In this document: one piece after another, positions 1 through 12,844 of the stretch
Layout of the letters: every line of letters begins with the position of its first letter
Position numbering within the stretch: the first letter of the stretch is position 1
Assembly (NCBI RefSeq): GCF_006345805.1
Contig: NC_043005.1
Coordinates: forward strand, 27,714,001-27,778,000
Length of the DNA: 64,000 nt
Direction: 5' to 3'
Origin: Octopus sinensis
Lineage: Eukaryota
Notes under the pieces: generated by a model
What the model saw: only the letters and a program-made list of their open reading frames with translations
Database searches by the model: none
What the model was told of the DNA's origin: nothing
Position numbers and translations under genes: made by a program

Positions 1-307
1 TACCCCTACGCCAACACACACATATATAGAACAGTATACACACACACACACGTCTCTAAGTAGATTTTTTCTCGCCCCTTATAAAACATCCAATATTCCT
101 TAAATAGTCAGAACTTTATGCTCGGTCACAAAGAACATCTATACACCCTCACCCACATGATTGACCGATGCCTGACCTGTTGAATTCTTCAGCCACCGGT
201 TCTCAACATACACTGATAAACAGTTTCGCCATGGGCTCTTAGGAGCATAGTTCGATTTGCTTTTGCTCCGCCTCTGTTCTGTTTTTGTTTTTCCAGCGGA
301 TTTCCTT

Positions 308-397
308 TTTTCTTCCTGAAGAGAAAGACACAATATGGTCCCATTATTCAATCGGATTTTGGTAATTTGTGCCTTTCGAAACACGTGTAGAATGAAA
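308..397 (+). ncRNA. Type I hammerhead ribozyme, intact core, long stem II
   Basis: CTGAAGA 316-322; stem II GAAAG-A-CACAA / TTGTG-C-CTTTC; GAAA 378-381; palindromic stem III ACACGTGT; GUA cleavage triplet ending at 389; stem I (TTT)TCTTC / GAATGAAA with one mismatch. Confidence 0.75.
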
Positions 398-450
398 TAA
401 AACGATTTCTGTTCAATCTGCATTCAGCTCCATTTCTTCAATTCACCAAT

Positions 451-494
<44 letters not shown>

Positions 495-639
495 CAAAAT
501 GGGACAAGAACGCAAAACATCCGGACAGCTAGGTGATACAAAAAGGGACAAAACATCCAGATAGACGATACAAAGAAAACAAGGACGGGTCATTCAAAGT
601 TTTCTTTCCTCAGTCAAGCACCAGATTATCCTTGCAATA

Positions 640-1080
640 TACAAGAAATAATATTTGTCTCTTCTAATAGAAACAAAAGGGATTATAGGACTGCAAAAGA
701 AATGCTCAAATATAAATGAGATTAAGATAAAGAAGCATTAGTTATAGAACAAACATTAAATATTTTAATCGTTTTATAAAACTTTTTTAGTCGATGGATA
801 TTTATTTTATTTTATTTTATTTTTACCATTATTTTATATTAGGTTTTTTGGTAGTTTTTGAATTTTTAGCCGTTTATATTTAACATTTTTGATAAGCTGT
901 TCTATTCGTATTTTATTCAAATATATATTTTTACCTTCTGTGATTTTATGTATATGTATTATTATTTTATGTGTTTGGGAACCATGGTTATTTTTATATT
1001 TGATTAAATGTTTGAGGGGTGGTGTTGTATGTAAAGTCGTTGGCCCAAATTTAATGTTTGTTCTATAACCAATGCTTCTT
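640..1080 (+). mobile_element. Possible Penelope-like element 3' remnant
   Basis: Remnant ...KEALVIEQTLNILIVL* resembles a GIY-YIG C-terminus, followed by a T-rich tail. Confidence 0.35.
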
Positions 1081-1081
1081 T

Positions 1082-1122
<41 letters not shown>

Positions 1123-1438
1123 TACCTACATACACGTATACACACATGCACACACAAAAATACATCATCATCATCATCATCATTATCAGTCATTTTAATG
1201 TCCACTTTTCCGTGTTTGCATGGTGCAGACAAAATCTGTTGAAGTTGTGGCCAGACATACTTTCACTGAAGGGTACCATTTTCATGACATGCAGACACAC
1301 ATACACAGATGTACACACACACATATGTATGTTTGTGTGGTTGGGAAGCAGATTTCTTACCAAACAGATATGCCTCTATGAATAACAAGTTTATATACAT
1401 ATGTACATACATACATACATGCATGCATATAGACAGAC

Positions 1439-1477
<39 letters not shown>

Positions 1478-2320
1478 CATAGACTCACACACATATATAT
1501 GTACACATACGCAAATACACAGAGATGTGTTAGTGTTAATATATTTGATGCAGTGTGTATTATTACACACACACGGACACACGGACACACAGTGATGCAA
1601 GCATGGATGAGTGATTAAGAAGCTTACTTCACAGCCTTAAAGTCCTAGGTTCAGTCCTACTGCGGGACAAATGTCTTGGGTTGACCCAAGCCTTATGAGT
1701 GAGAGTGTAGATGACGGAAACTGAGTAGAAGCCTGCTCAGTGGTTACTGTAATATTACACAGTGTCATGTTGATTCATCCCAAGAATTATATTTTGTTTT
1801 TCACATTTTCAGAGAGGAATACTCAGCAATATTGAAATGCTAATTCAATGAGTGGATAGTCCAGTTGGTCAAACAACTGGACACATTCACATGGAGAAAT
1901 TGCCAGGAGATTCCATTATCATGAGTGTACATGTGATGTGGACGGGTGTGCGTGTGTGTATATGTATGTATGTATATATATATATATCATCATCATCATC
2001 ATCATCATCATTTAACGTCCGCTTTCCATGCTGGCATGGGTTGGACGGTTCAACTGGGGTCTGGGAAGCCAGAAGGCTGCACCAGGCCCAGTCTGATCTG
2101 GCAGTGTTTCTACAGCTGGATGCCCTTCCTAACGCCAACCACTCCGTGAGTGTAGTGGGTACTTTTTACGTGCCACCGGCACAGGTGTCAGACAGGGCTG
2201 GCAGACGGCCACGATTGGATGGTGCTTTTTACGTGCCACCGGCAACGGGGACCAGACGAAGCTGGCAACGGCCACGGTCGGATGGTGCTTTTTACATGCC
2301 AAACGAAATACACACACACA

Positions 2321-3460
2321 CAAGGTTGAGATAAAACGTTTTTTGCATTTTCACAGATGGTATTTGGCAACTTGTACCTCCATTCTCTCTCATTAATTTG
2401 ATACAACCGTTGTGGTGCAGCTGTTGCTGAATTGTTGGTTCTTTATTTTACACCTTTGATAACGAGTGGTGGAAAGAATTGTAATTACACCCATTTTACA
2501 CTACCTGTGTGTGGGGGGGGACTAAGTGCAAGGGCAGTAGCAACAGAAACTATTGATCCAAAAGGACCAGGAACTATTAACAAACATGTGGTATCAAAAC
2601 TGGTTCAGATATTTCAAAGAAGGTGACACCATCTTCAAAGACAAACCAATGTCAGGGAGACCTTCTGTTGAAGAAGATGAGGCCTTGTTTGAGATGGTCA
2701 AACAACAGCCAACTACAAGCACTTGTACATTGTCTGCAAAACTTGGTCCTTCACAAAATATCATCCATCTACACCTCCATAAGCTTGGCCTAGGAACAGA
2801 TGCTGTCAAGAAGCTTCTCATGACCTGACTAATGACAAAGTTCAATGATGTGTGGAAACTTGCAAACAATTGCTAGGAAATCCTCAAGATAGCTGTTTTG
2901 GGCACTGAATTGTAACTGGGAATGAAAAATGGATTAATTTTTGTAATTCTAATAAGAAAAATCAGTGGCTTTGTTCCAGCCAGACTTCAGAATCTGTTGT
3001 CACATAGGGGTGATTTCAACATAAAATCACACAGTATGTTTCGTGGAATTTGGAGTGGGTGTTGCCCTTTGAGCTTGTCCCAGATGCTCATGTGAGTGCT
3101 AACCTTTATACTCAACAACTGCAACAAGTATATGATGCTTTAAAAGCCTGCTAACCAGCATTCAATCAAAGACATGCACTGCTACAGCATGGCAACGCCC
3201 CAGGACATACTGCTAATGTGACTAGATTGCTGCCTTTACTGAGCCATTGCTCATTTCCTGCCTGGACGGAGGTTCAACAATGTGGATGAGGTTGAAAACG
3301 GATGCAGGGAGTCTTTTGCCGCCAAACCAGCCAAATGGTAAAAGCATTGAAATGAGCTTCTGGCACAACGATGGCAATAGAATACGATGGGGTATATGTT
3401 GATGAATAAACGCTTTTTGTATGCAATTTGTTTGAGCCCTTAATTAAAGCTAGAAATACA
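2321..3460 (+). mobile_element. Decayed mariner (DD34D-type) transposon
   Basis: Broken transposase: QNWFRYFKEGD...DKPMSGRPS (HTH), IVTGNEKW, LLQHGNAPGH; stops, frameshifts and an internal deletion over the YSPDLAP region. Confidence 0.85.
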
Positions 3461-3924
3461 ACATATATATATATATATATCATCATCATCGTTTAACATC
3501 CACTATTCATGCTAGCATGGGTTGGATGGTTTGACTGAGGACTGGTGAGCCAGAAGGCTGCACCAGGCTCCAATCCCATCTGGCAATGTTTCTACAGCTG
3601 GATGCCCTTCCTAACGCCAACCACTCCGAGAGTGTAGTGGGTGCTTTTACATGCCACCAGCACAAGGGCCAGTCGGCAGTACTGGCATCAACCACGCTCA
3701 AATGGTGCTTTTTATGATCCACCAGCATGGGTGCCAATCAGGTGGTACTGTCATCAGCAATGACAACAGCAGTAATATACTATGGAGGAGATACAAATAC
3801 TTTGACATTAGGGTTTTTTTTAAAAAAACATTTTGCTCCAAATTTATGATAAACTGGATAAAACATTTATCTGCCATGCTAAAAATTCTTGAGCTTAGAT
3901 TTTAAAAATATGAATTTTTTTTTA

Positions 3925-4290
3925 TTCATTTCAGTCATTTGACTGCGGCCATGCTGGAGTACCGCCTTTAGTTGAGCAAATTGACCCCAGGACTTATTCT
4001 TTGTAAGCCTAGTACTTATTCTGTCAGTCTCTTTTGGCCAAACCGCTAAGTTACGGGGATGTAAACACACCAGCATCAGTTGTCAAGCAATGTTGGGGGA
4101 CAAACACACACACACACACATATATATGACAGGCTTCTTTCAGTTTCCGTCTACCAAATCCACTCACAAAGCTTTGGTCGGCACAAGGCTATAGTAGAAG
4201 ACACTTTCCGAAGGTGCCACGCAGTGGGACTGAACTCGGAACTATGTTGTTGGTAAGCAAGCTACTTACCACACAGCCACTCTTGCGCCA
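3925..4290 (-). mobile_element. tRNA/CORE-type SINE (family B), full copy
   Basis: tRNA-like head GGCTGTGTGGTAAG...GTTCAGTCCCAC and CORE-like ACCTTCGGAAAGTGTCTT; colinear with ~42430-42820 and ~63555-63950. Partial copies at ~1600, 5500, 34550, 35560, 46350, 58650 and 61560. Confidence 0.8.
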
Positions 4291-6107
4291 AAATATGAAA
4301 AAATTAATTATCATTATAATTTTTTTAGTATCTACTTTCCCTGCTTGAATGGGTCAGACAAGACTACATTGGGGCAAAGTTTTCTAAGGCTGGATCTCTT
4401 CCTGACACCAACCTTCACCTGTTTTAAACAAAGAAATAACCCTCCATCGCAGTCTCTCAAACAATCAACAACCCAGACAGGGTTACACGGAGGATGAGAA
4501 ACAAACATCATTCTTATGAAGTGAGAGCTTTTTCTGTTTACAAAGTGTGTGCAACATATCAAGGAAGTTTAGGTTGTAATTAACATTTAGGTGTTCTCTT
4601 TAGTGGCTTATAGTTGCAACCCGTTATTTTAGAACATGGCTAGAAATAATTAACTGACATGTTTTGTTGTGTCATATATGTAGCTACCCTTGGGTCAATG
4701 AGAACTGTATGGGAAGCTAGGATTAAGTTCAAACTAAAACTTAATCAGAATAAGTGTGGTGAACACCTTGGAGAAAGGGGTCATTTAGAGTGTTTCAGCA
4801 GAGTATAATTTGAGGAGTGATAGTTGAAATGGAATCTAATTCTAAATAAACATGACAGAGAATAAAATAATCCATGTGAAAAAAAAACAAAAACATATGA
4901 AAATATTCAGAAAAAATCCACAAAGTAAATCAAATAGAATATAGTGAAGCAATTAGTATCTAGAAATTAATATCATTATCATTTAATGACCACTTTTCAT
5001 GCTTGCATGGGTCAGATGGAATGTTTTGAGGCAGGTTTTTCTATGGCCAGGTGCCCTTCCAGTTGCCAACCTTTACCTAAGGTAATGTTTGTCCATGACC
5101 AACATGTCTATCATCGTCTTCATCGTCATCATTTAATGTCTGCTTTCCATGCTGGCATTGGTTGGATTGTTCAACTGAGGACTGGCAAGCCATAAGGCTG
5201 CATCTGGCTCCAATCTGATTGGGCAAAGTTTCTACAACTGGATGCCATTCATAACACCAACCACTCCGAGGGTGTAGTGAGTGCTTTTTACATGCCACCA
5301 GCATGGGAGCCAGTCAGGCAGCACTGGCATCCACCACGCTCAAATGGTGCTTTTTACGTGCCACCAGCACGAGTGCCATTGAAAGACTGAAAATTAACAA
5401 CACAGCTTATATGGTCATGATGCTAGTTTACAACCCTCACATGATGTGAAGACAAGGGTTGATACACATGCACACACACTGCTTTCCATTGACCAAATAC
5501 ATGGACAAGGCTTTGATCAGCCCTAGGCTAAAGTAGGAGACACTTGCCCAAGGTGCCATGCAGTGGGATTGAACTCAAGGCCACATGGTTGTGAAGCAAG
5601 CTTCTTAACCACACAGCCATGCCATCAGCTAATATATGGCATAATAATTAAACACAATTATTAGATTTTAAATGATACAACACAGAGAGTGGGGGAAATG
5701 TGCAAAGCTGAAAAGAAAACAACAACAAACAATAAAATAAATGATGACAAAATTTAGCAGAGACAACCAAAATAATCAGAGGTAAGGGAAACGCAAACTA
5801 GGTAGGTAGGTAGGTGGGTAGGGCTACAATTGGTACGAATCAAAGAAGACAAAGCTACACACATAATGAAGGGAGGAGGCTGAGGCTACAGAATGAACAA
5901 AACTAACAGCAGACAGAAATACAATAAAGATGTACAACAGTCATTTTTAATGTGCTGCTAGTAGGAGGAGGAGGAGGAAACAGAAATCTGTAGAACAACC
6001 TCTAAACCTTAACTGGAAGTGGTAGCCATAATAGGAGTGTTGTGTTAAAAAGATGATACAAGTGTTGAGACGAAGTGCTTCATTATCTCACGTGTTGATG
6101 CTATTCA

Positions 6108-6117
6108 CTAAACGAGT
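6108..6117 (-). CDS. AGBL5: Probable terminal coding exon of AGBL5: (R)LV*
   Basis: Acceptor with a CTAAC branch point and long pyrimidine tract (ttctaaccaacttctcttgttccacag); TAG follows in phase 2. An ATTAAA at 5946-5951 (minus strand) is followed by GU/U-rich sequence. Confidence 0.5.
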
Positions 6118-6269
6118 CTGTGGAACAAGAGAAGTTGGTTAGAAATGAAGAGTTTGAATATTAGAAATTAAATTTTAGACATTGGAACAATTAAATATGC
6201 AATCAATAACACAACCATTAAATTTCAAAATACAAATCATAAAAAGAGAAAATGTTGCAAACATACAGC

Positions 6270-6375
6270 GTAGGTGTTTATGAAAGGGTCTCTATACAGA
6301 GTGGGTGTTTATGAAAGGGTCTTTATACAGGGTAGGTGTTTATGAAAGGGTCTCTAGAGTAGGTGTTTATGAAAA
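6270..6375. repeat. 31-bp tandem repeat, about 3.5 copies
   Basis: GTAGGTGTTTATGAAAGGGTCTCTATACAGA units start at 6270, 6301, 6332 and 6359. Confidence 0.9.
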
Positions 6376-6982
6376 TCCTGCTCTTTATGTAAATATACAC
6401 ATGTGAAAAATAACCTGCTTTATATATATGTTAATAAAGAAACAACTGTTATTTATATATATAAACATCAAGCAAGTGTTTATAAAAGAGTTAATCTGTA
6501 CATAAATCTAAGCATTCATAAAAAGTTTGTAGAGGCATAAAGATATTTATAAGAAACCTGCTACCTGTACATAATATAAAAATGTAAATGCTTTTTAAAC
6601 CTGAAGTGATTTCAAAGGGTCATGGCTTAGCTCTGGTTTTACCACATCATTGAGACTCAATGCATCAACCACATTTGAGCATGTATTTGGAATGATTTGT
6701 TCCATTGCTTCAACAACCAGTTGTTCAAGTGCTCTTAGCTTATGCTCCTTAATCATCAATCCACTCAGTGTTACTGATAGAATATTAGGAAGTTTATTCA
6801 CCAATTCTTGCTTGACATAACTTTTCACTATTCACCAAATTTGTTCAATTGGATTGAACACAGGACTGCAAGGCACCATTTGTTAAACTTCACACATTGA
6901 AAATTGATTTTCATTATGAACATGCTCCATTTCAGAATGACATGGGGGCATTACCAATTACCATAACTACTGATCTGCCATA

Positions 6983-7199
6983 TTCTTTTCTCTAGGCACA
7001 AGGCCCAAAATTTTTGGAGGAGGGGCCCAGTCAATTAGACTGACCCCAGTAAGCAACTGGTACTTAATTTATTGACCCCCAAAAGGATGAAAAGCAAAGT
7101 CAACCTCGGCAGAATTTGAACACGGAACATAAAGACAGACAAAATACTGCTAAGCATTTCGCCCAGCATGCTAACAATTCTGCCAGCTCACTGACTTAA
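6983..7199 (-). mobile_element. tRNA-derived SINE (family A) inserted in the Tc1-like element
   Basis: Family A sequence flanked by a 12-bp TSD with one mismatch: TGATCTGCCATA 6971-6982 and TGATCTGTCATA 7200-7211. Confidence 0.85.
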
Positions 7200-8439
7200 T
7201 GATCTGTCATAGTGACTAAATGCCTTGATTAGGCAATGGCTCATCCATTCTTGGCATTCCCTTTTTCAAATGAGCCCTGTTCGAGGTTATAGTGAACAAG
7301 ATCACCATTTCCAATGCAGCCAATAATATGAAAATTTGCTCCTTTTCAAACAGATGCCAATGTCATACATCTTGTTCTTCATGGAGATCTACCTTCACAT
7401 CTTGAGATAAGAAATTTTAAAATTGCTCTCATCCATAAACAAAATTGGTTTGTTGTTAGCCTGATATTCAAGCAAACTTAAGACAAAATTTCTACGTTTT
7501 TCTTTATTCTCAAGACAGTTTGCCCTTTCAGGGTTCATTTCTTACACTTCTCAATGTATACATCATCAAATCCAAATGCCTGGCAACTGTTTGCCTTGAT
7601 ATATTAAGTTCAAATTTTTGCCGTACTGTGCTACAAATTTCGCCAAGTGTTATTTTAAGATTATTTTCAATGAATTCAGTAAAATAATTTACATATGCTT
7701 CGACTACTTTCGAATAAGTTTTACCACCTCCTTTATCCTCTTTGGCAACCGAGCGATAGGTAGTCGATTGTGGTCCATTCAAATTCCGTGGTCAATCTCC
7801 TCCAATTATTGTGGTAAACAGTTAAAATTTGTGTTATTTTTCTCTCCACAAATAGCTTTGTTCTTTCGTTCTTCTAGCCATTGTGCTTATCGATTAAGTA
7901 AGAATAATTCAAACTGAACGATTCCAACATTTTTTAAAGAATATTGTAAATGTCTAGTAAATGGATTTTATGGAAATATAGAAACATCACACACTCTTTC
8001 AATAAAAAAAAAACACCTTTCAAGACAAGCGGGAAATAACAATGGATGAAAAACGAATCCAGAGACAGTTCTGCCCCCTTAAAGAGAATATTCACTCTTT
8101 CTGCCTTATGATAGTCTCTCTCTCTGTAAGAAGCAACAGCTGTAGTTCCAAGTCAGAAAACCACATATTCTTAATATTCTCATTTTGAGTGGAGCTATTC
8201 CATATTGAATGGAATTATTGCTCATATTGGATGTGAAATGGTACAGTACAGTGTTTATTTCTAGTTTCATAAGCAGATTATGCTGTGTTAGTCTCTGAAG
8301 ACAACACTCAGAGACTATGGTGGTCACTATCATTGATCTATCTTCGTTTAGGTTTTACTTGTTTCAGTCAATGGTCTGCAGCCATTCTGGAACATGGCAT
8401 TTGTTCAGCTAAACCGTTGCTATAATTTTGATGCTTACT

Positions 8440-8488
<49 letters not shown>

Positions 8489-9177
8489 TCACTCTCACTC
8501 ACTCACTCCCTCTTTCTCTCACTCACTCACTCTCTCTCACTCCCTCTCACTCACTCACTCTGTCTCTTCCTCTCACTCATGTTCAATGTGTATATTTTGA
8601 GTGTGAAAGAAGACCTCTACGAAATTACCTGACTTATAGAAATAACAGCCAAGTATCCTTCAAATCAAATCATTCTGCCTTTAAAAACAACGAACACATT
8701 GGATAATGTAACCCTAGATACACTAATCCTAAACATTATCATTAAACATCTGTGTTCCATGCTGGCATGTGTTTTTCAGTTTGACAGGGCACAACAAGCC
8801 TCAGAACTACATTAGGCCCTATAGCCAGCTTTGTCATGGTTTCTACAGCTGGATGCTCTTCCTGATGCCAACCACTTTACAGAGTGTACATGGTGCATTT
8901 TCTCATGACCCCAGTACTTGTGAAGTTGTCAAGAAAGGAAAAGAAAACAGATCCCTTGATTGAATGAGTGTGTATTTGAGAGATTGGGGGGTGGCTTTAT
9001 GCCAGGTATTGAATGCTAACCAACTTAGGATCAAACAACAAATTCCACACTGAAATACAAATGATGAAGAATGATCAAATTAAGAGATGACCAATGAAAG
9101 ATAGATCTCACCATGGTCAGTGCTAACAGAATGAAGAGGGGCACTAATTAGCAGAAGAGAATAAATTAATGAATTAC

Positions 9178-9509
9178 CTTTGAACATCATTAGTGGCTTC
9201 AGATGAAAACTCCTCCTTTGATTTCAAATGGACACTTGATAGTGAACCTTCAACTCTTGCTAGTTCACTCTTCTTTCTCTGCATTGATGTTGAAGAAGAC
9301 ATGTGCCGCCTTGACTTAAACATTAATTTGTTGTTATGAAACGAACCTTCGGCTGACCATGTGTGGTTATGATTTAAATGAAGCAATGAGCGTTGCTTAT
9401 CATTACCACTGGACACAGATCGGCTTAAGCCAGTTTTAACCGCATCTTTCTTGTCATATAGGGAGTTACTTTTGACTGGTTTGGAGAAGATGGCAGGTGA
9501 AATTGAAGT
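9178..9509 (-). CDS. AGBL5: AGBL5 coding exon 12 (tail): TSISPAIFSKPVK...SSEATNDVQ(R)
   Basis: Acceptor ttttctgttcccag; 332 nt open frame. It ends at donor AG|GTAATT or reads through to TAA at 9174-9176. Confidence 0.8.
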
Positions 9510-9594
9510 CTGGGAACAGAAAAAAGTTGACAATTAAGTAATCAAGATAAATCTAATGTAAAAAATTAAATTTTCTCTATAGAAAAATAGACTA

Positions 9595-9762
9595 CAGTAA
9601 AAACTTGACTCTAAAACCACTTCATATATTCATATAGCACCAGGTGAAAAGACAAATAAACTAGCAAAAAATCATTATCCAATCATTTTTTGCTGGTTTA
9701 TTTATCTTTTCACCTGGTACTGTATGAATAGATGAAGTGTTTTTAGAGTCCAGTTTTAACTG
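9595..9762. repeat. Fold-back palindrome, 78-bp arms
   Basis: 70/78 Watson-Crick pairs by hand alignment; 12-nt loop. Confidence 0.9.
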
Positions 9763-9997
9763 CTATCTCTAGCATGGTGGTATCTCTTAGATACCCTTAA
9801 TTTTAATTTTAATAATTAATACCTATAAGGTTTTTATTCCTATGCTGGCCACTTGATATGATTAGTATTTTAAATAACGATCTTATCCTTATTTATATAA
9901 AAATATATAGCAAAATATTAATTCTGTTAAAGCAATAAAAGCCAACCCTTACTGGATCCAGGCTATTGAAGCATTAATGGGAAAAGATATTATGTTA

Positions 9998-10220
9998 GTT
10001 GTGCCTGGGGAGAGTCATTCTCCCTTAGTGTCTTATAATTTAACACACTCACTGGTAAAATTTCCACTCATTTCCTTCTTTATTTTTCTAAAACTATTGA
10101 AAAGGTTGCAAGACACAATGAAAATTTTAGAAAAATAAATAAGTAAATGAGTGGAAACTTTACAGGTGAGTGTGTTAAATTATAAGGCACCAAAAGAGAA
10201 TGACTCTCACCAGACACAAC
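9998..10220. repeat. Fold-back palindrome, ~98-bp arms
   Basis: About 12 mismatches by hand alignment; ~27-nt spacer. Confidence 0.9.
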
Positions 10221-10676
10221 AGAATATGTTTCAACACACGAACTCACATAAAGAATCTTGCAAACCAAATCCAAAAATGAAATATCATGTTAGCTTCAAT
10301 GGAAAACACCTTTGATAACTGAAGTGCCAACAAGGGAGTTGCTAGAAATAGGAAACGAATTTCCTTCAAACTGCAATTTACCAACATTACTTCATTATTT
10401 TCCATCAAGTTTTTCATGCTGGCATGGGTTGGACATGTTATCACAGACCAAATCAGTTTTTATCTTAAGATTCCGTCCTTCTAGTCAGGCTGAGGACTGT
10501 GTTTTGCTCATACACAACATTTTTGGCTTGATTTCTATAACTATAAGCCTGTCCTATCACCAACCACTATACAAAGTACACTGAGAATATATCTAATGAC
10601 GCCATCTGCCTTAGGGAGGTTGTTATGTCCCAGATAAAACAGAAAAGTCCTCTCTACTCCACACTGTTCATGTTAA

Positions 10677-10718
<42 letters not shown>

Positions 10719-11360
10719 TGGAATAATGTACTCCTAGAACATCATGTTGAACTAAAAATATTGGTCATAGCTCTGCTCAGGAATGGTCTGGAGCAAAACA
10801 AAACATTCATAATTGAATATTTGACGGTGGTGTTAACAATAAGTATTGTGGTATTTAGTTACATTTCTTTACAGTTTGAGTTCAAATCCCACAAGTTTAT
10901 GAAATAAATACGAGTCAATTAAAGGCAAATTAAATCTACTCTACTCCCTTCCTTGAAATTTGAGTCTATGTGTACTGAAGTTATGACATAATCATCATCA
11001 TTATAGTCATTATCATCAAATAACATTTGCTTCTGCCAGACTAACTCCTGTGCCGGTGGCACGTAAAAAGCACCATTCAAGCGTGATTGATGCCAGTGCC
11101 GCCTGACTGGCCCTCATGCGGGTGGCATGTAAAAAGCACCATTCGAGTGTGATCATTGCCAGTGCCACCTGACTGGTACTCTTGCCGGTGACACATAAAA
11201 AGCATGCACTACACTCTCAGAGTGGTTGGCATTAGGAAAGGCATCCAGCAGTAGAAACTTTGCCAGATCAGATTGGAGCCTAGTGCAGCCTTCTGGCTCG
11301 CCAGTCCTCAGTCATGGGTTGGACGCAACCCATGTCAGCATGGAAAGTGGACGTTAAACA

Positions 11361-11392
<32 letters not shown>

Positions 11393-11720
11393 GATGATGA
11401 AGATGGTGGTGGTGGTGGTGATGGTGATGTTGATTTCCATATTGGCTTGGGTTGAATAGCTTGACAGGATTCACTGAACTGCAAGGCTGTGTCAAACTCT
11501 AATATCAGCTTTGGCATGGTTGCTATAATTGGATGCTCTTCCTAACACCAACCACTTTACAGTAGGTGCTGGGTGCTTTCTTTCATGCCACCTACACTAG
11601 TGGGGTCACCAAGTAACTTGCAAGACAGAAAAAGGAGCAATTTCAATTTGAAGCAGTAATTTCTCTTTGTGTGTGTGTGTCAAGATGCTTATAAACACAT
11701 TTTCAAATTATAATACTTAC

Positions 11721-12013
11721 ACTTTTGGAGATATCTGACTTTGCTCTCTGAAGTTTTGAGTCGATGGGTTTATTCCGAGATGTAAACTTAGTGGTGTGCT
11801 TTGGAACACTTTCAGAACAGACATTGTAACTAATGGGGTTAATTTTGTTGTGTTGAAGTCGTGTACTTCTCAGACTAGCCAAACCTGGTGACTCAGTGCT
11901 GTTGGGAAGAGTGAAAGAACCTGAAACTTTGGTTTCAGATATCGTAGACTCTTCTTCCTTTTTGTTGTTACCTACATTGCATTTTCGGGAACACGATGTT
12001 AACCGGGAAGAAA
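11721..12013 (-). CDS. AGBL5: AGBL5 coding exon 11 (tail): (V)SSRLTSCSRK...KLQRAKSDISKS
   Basis: Strong acceptor ttttcatctttccag and donor AGT|GTAAGT; 293 nt open frame, phase 1 to 0. Confidence 0.8.
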
Positions 12014-12577
12014 CTGGAAAGATGAAAAGAGGAAAATCAGATATTACTACAATTTCAGTTGTCAATAAATTCATGTGAAGAAGGGCATTTGTGTATACAC
12101 ACACATATATATATATATACATACATATATGTATACTACTCATAAACACAAACAAACACACACATACACACACACACACACACACAATATATATATAGCA
12201 CAACGCTTTCCTATCTGGAAGCCTCTTATTGTATTTCTATATGAATAATATATAGTCTAATGACTAATTCGTTTTTTGTGCTAGGCCACTGGTAATAATA
12301 ATTTATTATTACCCTATTTTATTATGTTTTATTATGTTTTATTATATATATATATATTGGCCTGCTCGCTTAGCCAGCGGGGTGGCGTCGTTCGAAGGAT
12401 AAAACAATGCGAACGCATTGTGACCAGCGATGTGTAGCAACATCTGATGGTCTGATCGGTCACGTGATCACGTGATATATATATATATATATATATAATA
12501 ATAAATATTAGGGAATGAATCCAAAATTACAGGGAAAAATCAGATTTAGGGTTAAATCCAATTTTATAGTAAAATAT

Positions 12578-12759
12578 TATATAATATAATTCGAGACAAA
12601 ACCACTATTTTAAAACCAAACAAGGAAAGACTTAATCAATACATAAAATTTTAATATAAATTAAATAAATTTATTTATTTTATTTAATTTATATTAAAAT
12701 TTTATGTATTGATTAAGTCTTTCCTTGTTTGGTTTTAAAATAGTGGTTTTGTCTCAAAT

Positions 12760-12770
<11 letters not shown>
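12578..12770. repeat. Near-perfect palindrome, 92-bp arms
   Basis: One mismatch (12592/12756); 9-nt loop. Confidence 0.92.

Positions 12771-12844
<74 letters not shown>

Larger units (their letters stand above)
6268..8020 (-). mobile_element. Decayed IS630-Tc1-mariner transposon interrupted by a SINE
   Basis: HTH-like ORF 7528-7782 (ITLGEICSTVRQKFELNISRQTVARHL); DDE remnants (SPVFNPIEQIW.IVKSYVKQ); multiple stops. Confidence 0.8.

Noticed and set aside
4332-4421. Possible last exon VKVGVRKRSSLRKLCPNVVLSDPFKQGK* after acceptor tttaaaacag
   Set aside because: It needs phase 0 but exon 12 ends in phase 2, and no bridging exon was found.
9174-9533. ORF-track start codons for exons 6 and 12 (GTG/TTG read as M) as independent genes
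   Set aside because: They coincide with or precede splice acceptors and are internal exons of AGBL5.
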